A stretch of 64,000 nt of DNA, from NCBI GenBank assembly GCA_964511655.1, contig CAZEGB010000001.1, positions 7,087 to 71,086 on the forward strand, written 5' to 3'. The stretch is from an uncultured Candidatus Saccharimonas sp. (GTDB lineage Bacteria; Patescibacteriota; Saccharimonadia; Saccharimonadales; Saccharimonadaceae). Positions 41,822-52,060 of the stretch are shown one piece after another. Both the position numbers and the translations under genes were made by a program. The stretch's first letter is position 1. Each line of letters starts with the position of its first letter. A model generated the notes under the pieces. The model saw only the letters and a list, made by a program, of their open reading frames with translations. It was not told the DNA's origin and did not search any database.

Positions 41822-42259
41822 GTGGCAAGTATTGCTGATGATTCCAATTTTCAGTTGTTCAAATCAAAGTATGAACAAATAGCCGACGAGTTCGGCAAGG
41901 ACAGTCCCGAAGCTGTTGCCGCCTTACAAAATCTTCTGCTTTTAGCGGAAACACACGAGCAATGTTACTATATTTACGAAAATGCGCCTAATAATCAAAT
42001 TAGGGTAATTGCATTCGAGCAATTTGGTAACAAAATCCGACCAATCATTGAGCTTGGGCAAGAACAGATGATTCCAACGATGCAGTTTGCTTATGTGTTA
42101 ATGATAGCTAATGCTATCAAGAGCGCTACGACTATCGACGACGTGATTCGTATCACAGAAATTGTCCATCAAGGGCCTAGTCTCCCATTGTATTTTAAGG
42201 AAAACATAGTAGCTATACTGAAAAAATATCAAGAAGAAAATACGGACCCTATCACGTAA
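41822..42259 (+). CDS. hypothetical protein (GTG start)
   Basis: An ORF with its own promoter-like TTGCTT-N17-TATAAT upstream and a terminator downstream. Confidence 0.45.
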   Translation: MASIADDSNFQLFKSKYEQIADEFGKDSPEAVAALQNLLLLAETHEQCYYIYENAPNNQIRVIAFEQFGNKIRPIIELGQEQMIPTMQFAYVLMIANAIKSATTIDDVIRITEIVHQGPSLPLYFKENIVAILKKYQEENTDPIT

Positions 42260-42273
42260 ACTATCAAACAATT

Positions 42274-42299
42274 AGCCAGCTGAATAAGCTGGCTTTTTT
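42274..42299 (+). terminator. rho-independent terminator
   Basis: AGCCAGC-tgaataa-GCTGGCT followed by TTTTT. Confidence 0.75.
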
Positions 42300-42433
42300 C
42301 TTGCATTTATAAACGAAAGCGTTATAATTGAAGCATCACTAAGAGGTGAAAACAAAAAAGAGTAAAAAATACGGCAGTATGCGCAATCGTTTTTGCGTAT
42401 AATCGTATTAGGAAAAGGGGAAGGTGTCCGGCA

Positions 42434-43876
42434 ATGTCAAAAGCATTGTATCGTAAATATCGCAGTAAAAATCTTGACGAAGTAATCGGCCAGAAACATA
42501 TTACCGATATTCTGTCACGAGCTATTAAAAGCGGGCGCTTGTCGCACGCATATTTACTGACCGGTCCGCGCGGCGTCGGCAAAACGTCAGTCGCACGCAT
42601 TTTGGCTTGTCAAATCAATAACATTCCTTATGATGAAGATGTCACGAACCTGGATATTATTGAAATCGATGCTGCTAGCAATAACGGCGTCGAAGACGTT
42701 CGCGAACTGCGGGAAAGGGTCCAAATCGCACCGTCGGTCGCTAGCAAAAAGGTTTACATAATCGACGAAGTGCATATGCTATCAAAAGCGGCTTTTAACG
42801 CGCTTTTAAAAACGCTCGAGGAACCACCCGAACACGTAGTGTTTATCTTGGCTACAACAAATGCAGAAAAGCTTCCGGCCACTATTATCAGCCGGACCCA
42901 ACGCTTTAATTTTCGTCCGATCGGTATAGATGACGCTGTCAAGCATCTGTCAAATATCGCCAAGCAAGAGAAAATCAAGTTTGATGATGACGCCATCAGA
43001 TTAATCGCTCAGCGCAGCGACGGTAGTTTTCGTGACAGTATCAGTTTATTAGATCAACTATCCAATCTGGTTGGCGACGACAAAGACGCGTTAATAACCG
43101 CTAAATTAATCGAGGACATTCTAGGTCTTGCTCCGTCAAAAACCATCGATCAAATCCTTGAAGCCGTCGAAGCCCGTGATTTAACTTCAATCATTCCGAT
43201 TCTATACCGCACATTCAATGAGGGGGTCAACAGTGTTGTACTAGCAGAACAAATAACGGAGCGAATAAGCCAACAAATTGCCGAAAAGCCTCAGCTTTTG
43301 CCCCTGCTCGATGCATTGATTGACGTTTCGAAAAGCCCCCATCCTGATCTAAAATTGTTAAGTATTCTCGGCCAAGCCGCAACGCCAAAGCAATCCGTCA
43401 AGTCAATCGCTCTGTCTGCGCAAACACATGAAGTCAGCGCCACGATTGCCGAATTGGAAGAGAAGGCCGGTTTGGACTTGACTGTCGATTTAAATCCGTC
43501 CAAATCAGAATCCGAACAAATTCCACGCAAAGAAGAAAAAGTTATTGTCGGCAATAAAATTTCACAAGACGGAGAATTTGACTGGAATAAATTCGTCGAA
43601 TACACTCATCAAAATCAAATTGCATTATACAGCGTTCTATCAAAATGTAATTACGAATTTAATGATAAGACATTGACGATTTATGCAGGTAATAAATTTT
43701 ACAAACGAAAGTTGGATGACTCTAAGTATAACTCTCGTTTGAACGAATGTTTGCATAATATTGGAGTTTATGAACTGGATATCCACATTATTCCCTCAGG
43801 TCCGCCTTTAAAAGATAGTCAAGCGGCCGCGGTTGCTGCTATTATGGGTGGAGGAGAAGAGGTTTCATTGGAGTAA
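42434..43876 (+). CDS. dnaX: DNA polymerase III gamma/tau subunit
   Basis: YRKYRS..LDEVIGQ, GPRGVGKTS, IIDEVHMLS..AFNALLKTLEEPP, SRTQRF. Confidence 0.93.
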   Translation: MSKALYRKYRSKNLDEVIGQKHITDILSRAIKSGRLSHAYLLTGPRGVGKTSVARILACQINNIPYDEDVTNLDIIEIDAASNNGVEDVRELRERVQIAPSVASKKVYIIDEVHMLSKAAFNALLKTLEEPPEHVVFILATTNAEKLPATIISRTQRFNFRPIGIDDAVKHLSNIAKQEKIKFDDDAIRLIAQRSDGSFRDSISLLDQLSNLVGDDKDALITAKLIEDILGLAPSKTIDQILEAVEARDLTSIIPILYRTFNEGVNSVVLAEQITERISQQIAEKPQLLPLLDALIDVSKSPHPDLKLLSILGQAATPKQSVKSIALSAQTHEVSATIAELEEKAGLDLTVDLNPSKSESEQIPRKEEKVIVGNKISQDGEFDWNKFVEYTHQNQIALYSVLSKCNYEFNDKTLTIYAGNKFYKRKLDDSKYNSRLNECLHNIGVYELDIHIIPSGPPLKDSQAAAVAAIMGGGEEVSLE

Positions 43877-45231
43877 TGGCTGACAAGGAAGTAGTCGCAG
43901 GAAAAGTTCCGCCCCAAAATATCGACGCCGAGAAAAGTTTACTCGGTGCGGTTTTAATTGACGACGAAACGCTAGCTGATATTTCCGAACATGTAACTGC
44001 CAAAGATTTTTACGAAAAACGTCATTCGATAATTTACGACGCGATGATGCGTCTTTATGAAAAACATAAACCGGTCGATTTACTGACTTTGACCGATCAG
44101 TTGAAGCGCAAAAAAGAACTCGAAAATGTCGGCGGCTCAACGTACTTAACGGAACTGACCAATTACGTCCCAACCGCTGCTCACGCCGAAGCTTACGCCG
44201 AACTGGTCTCCCAAAAAGCTATACGCAGGCGCTTGATAAAAGCCAGCGGCGAAATATCCGAAATGGGTTTTGACGAAAACACCTCTACCGACGAGCTGCT
44301 GGAAAAAGCCGAGGCTGAATTGTTTTCGGTTAGCGATCAATCGCTTAAGCAAGATTTGGTCAGTATCGAAAGCATTCTGACCGAAAGTTTCGACCGCATG
44401 GAAGAATTACACCGCAACAAGGGTCTGTTGCGCGGCGTTAGGACCGGATATCAGGATTTGGATAATATGACAGCGGGCCTGCAACGAAGCGATTTAATCG
44501 TTCTGGCTGCCCGTCCGGCAATGGGTAAGACTACACTTGTCACCAACTTGGCATATAACGTAGCTACTGTCGCGAAACAACCGGTTTTATTCTTTAGCCT
44601 AGAGATGAGCAAAGAACAACTGGTCGACCGTATGCTGGCAGACGCTTCGGGCGTTGACGCTTGGAATATCCGAACCGGTAATTTGTCCGACGAAGATTTC
44701 GGCAAACTGTCCGAAGCTATGGGAGAACTGGCCGAGGCGCCGATATTCATCGACGACACACCTGGACTTTCGGTATTAGAGATGCGGACCAAAGCTCGTC
44801 GCGCCATGCACGAACAACCGCTAGGATTAGTGATTATTGACTATTTGCAGTTGATGCGGGGGAGCGGCAGCAACCAAAGCAACGGCAATCGTGTTCAAGA
44901 AGTCAGTGAAATATCCAGAGGTCTTAAATTAATCGCCCGTGAACTTAACGTGCCGGTCATCGCTTTAAGCCAGTTATCGCGCTCTGTCGAATCACGCAGC
45001 CCGCAAATCCCGCAACTTGCCGACCTGCGTGAATCAGGCTCAATCGAACAGGACGCCGATATCGTCATGTTCATTTATCGCGAGGCGTACTATAATCCGG
45101 AAACCGAACGTGAAAACATTACCGATCTTTTCATCGCTAAACATCGTAACGGACCGACCGGCAAAATCGAACTGTACTTCCACCCTGAACGCTTGCGCTT
45201 TATGTCACTGGACCGTAAGCACAACAAATAG
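43876..45231 (+). CDS. dnaB: replicative DNA helicase DnaB
   Basis: PPQNIDAEKSLLGA, Walker A ARPAMGKT, IIDYLQLM, SQLSR..E.R, LRESGSIEQDAD. The ATG overlaps the dnaX stop. Confidence 0.95.
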   Translation: MADKEVVAGKVPPQNIDAEKSLLGAVLIDDETLADISEHVTAKDFYEKRHSIIYDAMMRLYEKHKPVDLLTLTDQLKRKKELENVGGSTYLTELTNYVPTAAHAEAYAELVSQKAIRRRLIKASGEISEMGFDENTSTDELLEKAEAELFSVSDQSLKQDLVSIESILTESFDRMEELHRNKGLLRGVRTGYQDLDNMTAGLQRSDLIVLAARPAMGKTTLVTNLAYNVATVAKQPVLFFSLEMSKEQLVDRMLADASGVDAWNIRTGNLSDEDFGKLSEAMGELAEAPIFIDDTPGLSVLEMRTKARRAMHEQPLGLVIIDYLQLMRGSGSNQSNGNRVQEVSEISRGLKLIARELNVPVIALSQLSRSVESRSPQIPQLADLRESGSIEQDADIVMFIYREAYYNPETERENITDLFIAKHRNGPTGKIELYFHPERLRFMSLDRKHNK

Positions 45232-45257
45232 GCGCCGTGTTATAATCGTATCTAAAT

Positions 45258-46676
45258 ATGATCAAGCTCGATTTTAGTAAATTATCTACTTATCGCTGGC
45301 GTTATCTGATAGGTTATGGTCTTGTTGCAACCGGACTGATAGGCGTACTGATTTTTGTCGGTTTATTTTTACCGGGCAGCATTTCAAACCAAGAGATGCA
45401 ATCCGTAGTTACGAGTAATTCAATTAGTCTTCATAACCTAAATTCCTTTACAGTAATCAATCTGCCTTATTATATTCTTCAGAAAATCAGCCTGGCTTTG
45501 TTCGGCGTATCTATAATTAGCATCAAATTACCTTCAATAATTTTAGCTTTCTTGTCCATTATTGGCATCGTAATAATCATGAGGCAGTGGTTTAAGCCGG
45601 CCGTAGGCGTTTTAGCGACACTTATCGCTATTACGACGGGACAATTTATCTTCATCGCTCAGGACGGAACGCCGGGAATATTATATCTATTTTGGCCGGT
45701 AGTATTACTTTTGCTTGCCTGTTTGATTTCCAGTCAGAAAAAGTTCAGAATGATTTATAAAACTTCATTCTGTATCGCAGCCGCTTTAAGTTTATATACT
45801 CCGCTCGGAATTTATGTACTCATCGCTCTTATTAGCGCAATATTTTTACACCCGCATTTGCGCTTTTTAATCCGACAATTATGGAAGCCAAAGATTATCG
45901 TCGCTATTTTCGTATCGCTACTTATACTGATACCTCTAATAATCACTATCGCAAAGACCCCCGGGCTGGCTCTGCAGCTGCTTGGTATCCCAAGCTCCAA
46001 ACCGGATATCGGTGCAAATCTATCATCTTTGGGCGCTCAATATCTTAATTTTTATAACCCCGGCGGCACAACCCTTATAACACCGTTTTTTGAACTTGGA
46101 TCGTTCTTAATAATATTGATCGGTATTTATTACGTTATTATCACCAGAGAAACTGCCAAAAGTTACGTCATAGGAATTTGGGCGATACTTTTGTTGCCAA
46201 TTATAACTTTAAACCCAAACTCGACCAGTATAACTTTCTTACCATTGGTTCTACTATTAGCCTCTGGTCTTAACGAACTGATAGCCTACTGGTACGGACT
46301 GTTCCCGCGCAATCCGTACGCGCGCGCCGGAGGGCTAATCCCCATCATAGTGTTGGTGGCGGTTTTAGTCCTTTCAGGTGCCGACAGGTACATCGAAGGC
46401 TATAGATACGATCCTGGTATTGTTCCGAATTTTTCAAAGGATATTGTATTAATTCCGAACAACATCAAAAATCTGGTCGTATCAAGTAATGAACTTGCAT
46501 TTTATCAGGTAGTAGCGAAATACGACAAACAGTACTATGTTTCACTGACGCCTATGAACAGTACGTTCCTGGCTACCCGAGAAGCCAAGCAATCTTTTGC
46601 CGGTTACACGATCGAAAAAATAATTACCACGTCAACCAGTGAACAGGCTGACAGATTTTACTTATACAAAAAGTAA
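45258..46676 (+). CDS. polytopic membrane protein, GT-C (ArnT/PMT-like) glycosyltransferase candidate
   Basis: At least 11 hydrophobic segments followed by a ~100-aa soluble C-terminal domain. The assignment rests on architecture only. Confidence 0.4.
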   Translation: MIKLDFSKLSTYRWRYLIGYGLVATGLIGVLIFVGLFLPGSISNQEMQSVVTSNSISLHNLNSFTVINLPYYILQKISLALFGVSIISIKLPSIILAFLSIIGIVIIMRQWFKPAVGVLATLIAITTGQFIFIAQDGTPGILYLFWPVVLLLLACLISSQKKFRMIYKTSFCIAAALSLYTPLGIYVLIALISAIFLHPHLRFLIRQLWKPKIIVAIFVSLLILIPLIITIAKTPGLALQLLGIPSSKPDIGANLSSLGAQYLNFYNPGGTTLITPFFELGSFLIILIGIYYVIITRETAKSYVIGIWAILLLPIITLNPNSTSITFLPLVLLLASGLNELIAYWYGLFPRNPYARAGGLIPIIVLVAVLVLSGADRYIEGYRYDPGIVPNFSKDIVLIPNNIKNLVVSSNELAFYQVVAKYDKQYYVSLTPMNSTFLATREAKQSFAGYTIEKIITTSTSEQADRFYLYKK

Positions 46677-46731
46677 ACAGATTACAGTATACTTATATAA
46701 GTAATATAGAGATCAAGGAGTATTAATAGTT

Positions 46732-47022
46732 ATGGCATTCGACCAAGTAAAAATGATAAATAATCTGCGCAAAGCGCAAAATGAATTAAAAAAAGAAATA
46801 ATTGAAGTCGAGGCCGGCGACGGTGCGGTTGTTGTTCAGGTAACCGGCGAGCTGAAAGTCAAGAAAATCACTATTGACCCGGAACAAGTCGACCTTGATG
46901 ATATCTCCGAACTCGAACATTGGCTGGAAATTGCGATCCGCGACGGTCTAGCGAAAGCACAAGAAGTCGCTGCTGAAAAAATGAAACCTCTGATGGGCAG
47001 CCTGGGTAAGCTCGGGCTTTAA
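46732..47022 (+). CDS. ybaB: YbaB/EbfC nucleoid-associated protein
   Basis: Size, the pattern ...GAVVVQVTGELKVKKITIDPE...ED.E.LE..I..A...A, and the conserved position before recR. Confidence 0.85.
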   Translation: MAFDQVKMINNLRKAQNELKKEIIEVEAGDGAVVVQVTGELKVKKITIDPEQVDLDDISELEHWLEIAIRDGLAKAQEVAAEKMKPLMGSLGKLGL

Positions 47023-47033
47023 AGGGTAATATA

Positions 47034-47648
47034 TTGTCACAATTACTGCCAGCGGCACTGATTAACGCCATCGAAGAACTAGGACGCCTACCGGGCGTCG
47101 GTGAACGCACGGCCGAGCGTTATGCGTATTTTTTACTGCGGGCCGACAAACATACAAGCGAAAAATTAGCTGAAGCCTTAAAAAAACTTCATAGCGGAGT
47201 TAAAAGCTGCCCGATTACTTTTGCGCTAATTGACGCCGATGAGGAAGTTTCGCCGCTATACAGCGACGCTAGCCGTGATAAAACTCTTGTTGCCGTAGTC
47301 GAAGAGCCGTTAGACATAGTCGCACTGGAGCGGACCGGTCAATTCAAGGGCACATATCACGTCCTGGGCGGAGCTATCAGCCCGATTGACGGTATCGGAC
47401 CCGAACAACTACATATTCCCGAACTATTAGATAGGCTAGTTAAGGATAATGTTCAAGAAGTTATTATCGCTACTAACGCCAGCGTCGAAGGAGAATCGAC
47501 CGCATTATTTTTACAAAGGCATATCGTTGATGCTGGGATCGACATTAAAATCACTAGGTTAGCGCGAGGTATCCCGGTAGGCGTCGACTTGGAATATGCC
47601 GGACAGATTACTCTAACTCACGCCCTTGAAGGCAGGAGGGATTTTTAG
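47034..47648 (+). CDS. recR: recombination protein RecR (TTG start; zinc-finger cysteines largely absent)
   Basis: HhH LPGVGERTAERYAYFLL and Toprim VVEEPLDIVALERTG.FKG.YHVLGG.ISP..GIGP, EVI.ATN...EGE.TA. Confidence 0.9.
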   Translation: MSQLLPAALINAIEELGRLPGVGERTAERYAYFLLRADKHTSEKLAEALKKLHSGVKSCPITFALIDADEEVSPLYSDASRDKTLVAVVEEPLDIVALERTGQFKGTYHVLGGAISPIDGIGPEQLHIPELLDRLVKDNVQEVIIATNASVEGESTALFLQRHIVDAGIDIKITRLARGIPVGVDLEYAGQITLTHALEGRRDF

Positions 47649-48647
47649 ATGTATCAAAAAGCCAAAGAGCTGATTGAAGTAGCCACGAAGATAATCGTCG
47701 TTCAGGCCGAAAACCCCGATGGCGACTCGCTAGGCAGCGCACTGGCACTGGAAGAAATACTGAGCGACTTAGGTAAAGAAGTAATCCTGTATTGCCCCGT
47801 CGAGATTCCAAAATATATGAGATATATTAGCGGCTGGGATAGAGTCGTCAATGAATTTGATACTTCAGCCGATATGACAATTATTGTCGACACTATGGCC
47901 GAAGTCTTGCTGACTAGAGTCGTCGACACTCCCGGAGTACGCCATTTTCTAGACACGCATCCGGTTTTAGTCATCGACCATCACGACACTGAATCGAACC
48001 TTATTTTCGAATATACGCCGCTAACCCAAGAAGCTGTTGCGACCGGCGAGATTATTTACGACCTGGCGATTGACGCCGGATGGGGGATAAACCAACAAGC
48101 CGCCGAAAACATGATGGTCGCTATTTTAAGCGACAGCTTGGGGCTTACGACCGAGAACGTGTCCGCCAAGACATTTTATACGGCTGGCAAGCTGACAGAA
48201 TTAGGTGCAAATGTATCCTCAATAGAAAGACGTCGCCGTGAATACATGAAAAAGTCGGCCGAGATTCTACGCTACAAGGGCGCCTTATTAGAAAAAATCG
48301 AATACTACCTGGACGGCAAGATGGCTCTCGTACACATACCATGGGAAGAAATCAAGGAATACAGCGATAAATTCAACCCCAGCGTACTAGTTCTGGACGA
48401 AATGAGGCTAGTCGAAGGAGTCGAAATAGGCGTCGCTATCAAAACTTATCCGGACGGCAAACTGACCGGCAAACTGCGCAGCAACATTCCGATATCTTCA
48501 ATGGTTGCCGGTTATTTCGGAGGCGGCGGTCACGACTACGCGGCGGGCTTTCGCGTCTATGAATCTCTTGATACAATAATTCATGAATTAATAACCGCAG
48601 CCAGTAAGGCATTGGAAGAATATTCGGATGATACTAAAATTTCATAA
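47649..48647 (+). CDS. DHH/DHHA1 phosphoesterase (NrnA-like oligoribonuclease/pAp phosphatase)
   Basis: DGDSLGSALAL, VIDHHDT and GGGGHDYAAGF motifs. Confidence 0.8.
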   Translation: MYQKAKELIEVATKIIVVQAENPDGDSLGSALALEEILSDLGKEVILYCPVEIPKYMRYISGWDRVVNEFDTSADMTIIVDTMAEVLLTRVVDTPGVRHFLDTHPVLVIDHHDTESNLIFEYTPLTQEAVATGEIIYDLAIDAGWGINQQAAENMMVAILSDSLGLTTENVSAKTFYTAGKLTELGANVSSIERRRREYMKKSAEILRYKGALLEKIEYYLDGKMALVHIPWEEIKEYSDKFNPSVLVLDEMRLVEGVEIGVAIKTYPDGKLTGKLRSNIPISSMVAGYFGGGGHDYAAGFRVYESLDTIIHELITAASKALEEYSDDTKIS

Positions 48648-50097
48648 CACACCAACCCAGCAAGTAGAAGAATTTGTCTCATTAACCGAAAATAAAGCGC
48701 TAGTCTACACTTGCGGCCCGACTGTTTATGATTATCCGCATATCGGCAATTGGGTAGCATATATTCATTGGGACACGCTGGTTCGTACATTAATGGCAAA
48801 TAATTACGACGTTACTAGGGTAATGAATATCACAGACGTAGGGCATCTGACAAGCGATGCGGACGAAGGCGAAGACAAACTGGAAAAAGGCGCTCGCCGC
48901 GAAGGCAAAACGGCCTGGGAAATTGCCAAATTCTATACTGACGACTTTCTGGAAGGCATGAATAAACTGGGGATGATTGAACCGCAGCATATCGCCAAAG
49001 CGACCGATTATATTCCACAGCAACTTGATCTTGTACGCACGCTCAAACAAAAAGGGTACACATACCAGACCAGTGACGGTATCTACTACGATACGTCAAT
49101 GTTTTCGGCCTATGCGGATTTTGCCAGGCTTAAAACAGAGGCCCAAAAAGCCGGCGCAAGGGTCGAGATAAATCCTGAAAAGAAAAATCACTCTGATTTT
49201 GCCCTATGGAAGTTTACGCCTGCTGGTGAAAAAAGGGACATGGAGTGGGAGACACCGGCGGACTTATTAGAGAAAAATGTCGACGGTAAACCTGTCATGG
49301 GCTTTCCGGGCTGGCATTTGGAATGTTCGGCAATTTCTATGGCGTTGCTTGGTAACACTATCGACATCCATACCGGCGGCATCGACCATATACCGGTTCA
49401 TCATACTAACGAGATTGCTCAGTCAGAGGCTGCAACCGGCGTCCGTTTTAGTAATTATTGGATCCACTGCAATCATTTGAAAGTCGATGGAACTAAAATC
49501 AGCAAATCACTAGGCAACGGCTACACATTAAAAGACTTGGAAGACAAGGGCTTCTCGCCGATGGATTATCGGATGTTTGTCCTGCAAGGCCACTACAGAA
49601 ACGAAGGCAACTTTACCTTCGAAGCCCTTAAGGCGGCCAAAAACAGGTTGCATAATTGGCGAAATATCGCAGCGCTTCGCCACCAGGTTCATGACACTCT
49701 ACAAAATGACCGCGACAAGGTAGCAAGCGACAAAACAGTGCTTCTATATGCTGCACCCCAGGCCGTAGTCGAGGCAATCAGTAACGACTTGGGCACCCCA
49801 GAAGCTTTAAGGATTGTTGACGATGCTTTCGCTAGAATCCTGAGAGCAAGGCTTGACAATATCCATAGGCATGCATTTTTGGAACTACTTGAAGCGATTG
49901 ACGCCAACCTGGGGTTGCAACTACTGGACAGTACGCCAGATATTTCGGACGAGGCAAAGAGTATTATTCTTGAAAGAAATAGGGCTCGCGAACAAAAAGA
50001 CTGGCTAAAATCAGATGCTCTGCGCGATAGATTATTAGAACAAGGCATTCTAATCCGAGACACTGACAAAGACAGTATCTGGGAATATAAAGCTTAG
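48628..50097 (+). CDS. cysS: cysteinyl-tRNA synthetase
   Basis: CGPTVYDYPHIGN (HIGH), GWHLECS, KISKSLGN (KMSKS). Overlaps the upstream gene by 20 nt. Confidence 0.95.
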   Translation: MILKFHNTPTQQVEEFVSLTENKALVYTCGPTVYDYPHIGNWVAYIHWDTLVRTLMANNYDVTRVMNITDVGHLTSDADEGEDKLEKGARREGKTAWEIAKFYTDDFLEGMNKLGMIEPQHIAKATDYIPQQLDLVRTLKQKGYTYQTSDGIYYDTSMFSAYADFARLKTEAQKAGARVEINPEKKNHSDFALWKFTPAGEKRDMEWETPADLLEKNVDGKPVMGFPGWHLECSAISMALLGNTIDIHTGGIDHIPVHHTNEIAQSEAATGVRFSNYWIHCNHLKVDGTKISKSLGNGYTLKDLEDKGFSPMDYRMFVLQGHYRNEGNFTFEALKAAKNRLHNWRNIAALRHQVHDTLQNDRDKVASDKTVLLYAAPQAVVEAISNDLGTPEALRIVDDAFARILRARLDNIHRHAFLELLEAIDANLGLQLLDSTPDISDEAKSIILERNRAREQKDWLKSDALRDRLLEQGILIRDTDKDSIWEYKA

Positions 50098-51227
50098 GCT
50101 TTTTGAATCTCGGCTTCTTTTAACGATCTGTCGAGTGATTTTTCGTTTTCGCGAAATTTTCTTTTCGACCTAGTAAAGTAATCTTCGACCAGTACACCGA
50201 TACAGCCGGCAATTGGGATAGAAATCAAACCGCCTGCGATACCGAACAGATAGACTCCGGTCGTAACCGCAATCAATACCACCAGGGCAGACAAATCAGT
50301 CCGTTTCGACTGAATTTTCGGCGATATGTAATTACCCTCAAGTTGCTGATATAAAATACTGAATATCAGAAATACGACAGCAGCACTGACATTATTGAGA
50401 GCCAGAATAACAGCGACTAAGACCGCAGCGATCGGCTCACCGAAAAGAGGAATCAATGATAACGTGAATATTATTGCAGCCGCCGGAATAGCCAAATTAG
50501 TAGGAGCGCCAAACGTCAAATTAATTATAAACACTGAGATGCCGGCAACCGTTCCTGCGATTGAAGATATTGACAGTTGGCCTACCACGAAACCAGTAAC
50601 GACTTTATACATGCGGAATAACAACTTTCGATGATATTCCATGCGCTCTTCGTCGTTATAGACAGACCACAAACGCCGTAACCACGTCGGACCTTCAACT
50701 AGCATCAAAAATGTTAGTACTAAGACCAGAATCGTAGTAAAGATAGTGAATAGCACCGAACCTATGCTCGTAATCAAAAATGATCCAGCACCTGCCGCAA
50801 AACGTGTCGCGCCGTCTTTAATTGAAGTTATGATCTTGTCAACTTCGGGTTGCAAATTATAATGATTAATCAAATTGCTGGCTCCGGTGTATTGCTGCGA
50901 GGCCGAGTCTACCAACGACGGAAAATTCTGAGCAAATTTTACCGTTTGTTCGATGATTGGCGGGACAACCAAAAAGATTACGGCTCCAAGAAACGAAAGT
51001 ACTGCCATATACGCAATCGCAGTGCTTAGAACGCGGCTTTTGCTTGGCAATATTTTGGCCAAACGATTTACAGGTGGGCTGAGAGCGATGGCTAGGAAAA
51101 ATGATATACCTACTATAATCAAAGCGGTGCGAGCCGAATATATAACTAGGGCCGCCAAAGCAAACCCGATTACTACCAGCCAAAAACGCACAAAAGTTCG
51201 TGTGTCGATTTCAATACGTACATTCAT
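50094..51227 (-). CDS. AI-2E family (PerM/UPF0118) transporter
   Basis: About 8 TM segments with the family pattern ...LIPLFGEPIAAV...EGNYISPKIQSK... Confidence 0.75.
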   Translation of the reverse strand: MNVRIEIDTRTFVRFWLVVIGFALAALVIYSARTALIIVGISFFLAIALSPPVNRLAKILPSKSRVLSTAIAYMAVLSFLGAVIFLVVPPIIEQTVKFAQNFPSLVDSASQQYTGASNLINHYNLQPEVDKIITSIKDGATRFAAGAGSFLITSIGSVLFTIFTTILVLVLTFLMLVEGPTWLRRLWSVYNDEERMEYHRKLLFRMYKVVTGFVVGQLSISSIAGTVAGISVFIINLTFGAPTNLAIPAAAIIFTLSLIPLFGEPIAAVLVAVILALNNVSAAVVFLIFSILYQQLEGNYISPKIQSKRTDLSALVVLIAVTTGVYLFGIAGGLISIPIAGCIGVLVEDYFTRSKRKFRENEKSLDRSLKEAEIQKA

Positions 51228-51369
51228 ATTTTGTATTATACACTAATATTCCATTAACGTTTTATGGCACATAAATCACATCATACTACCTGTTATCTGA
51301 AAATAGTAAGATTACAATAATCACAGTTTTAAGCAAATATTCAGGCACGTTTGGTGTATAATAAAATGT

Positions 51370-52044
51370 ATGAGAATACTTATTGTTGAGGACGAACACA
51401 AGATAGCACATGCCTTGAAAAAGGCTTTGCAACAAGAAAATTACGCCGTTGATGTTTCATACGATGGTGACGACGGCTACGCTATGGCAACTACCGAACC
51501 GTACGATTTAGCCATTATCGATCGTATGATACCGGGCGAATATGACGGGATAGGTATCATAAGAGCCATGCGTGAAGCAAAAATTCACACTCCGGTATTA
51601 ATACTAACTGCGAAAGGCACGATTTCCGATCGTACTTCCGGTCTTGATTCCGGTGCCGATGATTACTTAGTAAAACCATTTGCTCTCGAAGAGTTACTAG
51701 CCCGCGTACGCGCTCTATTAAGACGTCCCGTCGAAGTTCAGCAGACCGTTCTTACGGCAGGTGATTTATCGCTAAATACGGTTACTTGCGAAGTTAAACG
51801 CGGTGACAAAATCATCAGCCTGACAGGCAAAGAGTTCGCGTTGCTTGAATATCTGCTTAGAAACCAAGGCCGCCCACACAGCAAAGACACGATCATTAGT
51901 CACGTTTGGGACTATAACGCCGACGTTTTGCCTAATACCGTCGAGGTCTACATGAAGTACTTACGCCAAAAAATTGACGATCCTTTCGACAAACCTCTGC
52001 TTCAGACTGTCCGCGGTTTCGGATATAAAATTGAAGCAAGCTAA
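51370..52044 (+). CDS. OmpR/PhoB-type response regulator
   Basis: Receiver domain (ILIVEDE, DLAIIDRMIPG, LTAKG) and winged-helix output (LTGKEFALLEYLL, TVRGFGYK). Confidence 0.92.
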   Translation: MRILIVEDEHKIAHALKKALQQENYAVDVSYDGDDGYAMATTEPYDLAIIDRMIPGEYDGIGIIRAMREAKIHTPVLILTAKGTISDRTSGLDSGADDYLVKPFALEELLARVRALLRRPVEVQQTVLTAGDLSLNTVTCEVKRGDKIISLTGKEFALLEYLLRNQGRPHSKDTIISHVWDYNADVLPNTVEVYMKYLRQKIDDPFDKPLLQTVRGFGYKIEAS

Positions 52045-52060
52045 AGGTTAAATTACTAGC

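Noticed and set aside
42260-42433. A possible SRP (4.5S/scRNA) gene upstream of dnaX, as found in Bacillus-type synteny.
   Set aside because: The region lacks the conserved domain IV features (paired symmetric and asymmetric loops with GGAA/AGCA and a GNRA tetraloop). It contains only promoter-like boxes and a short 8-bp hairpin.
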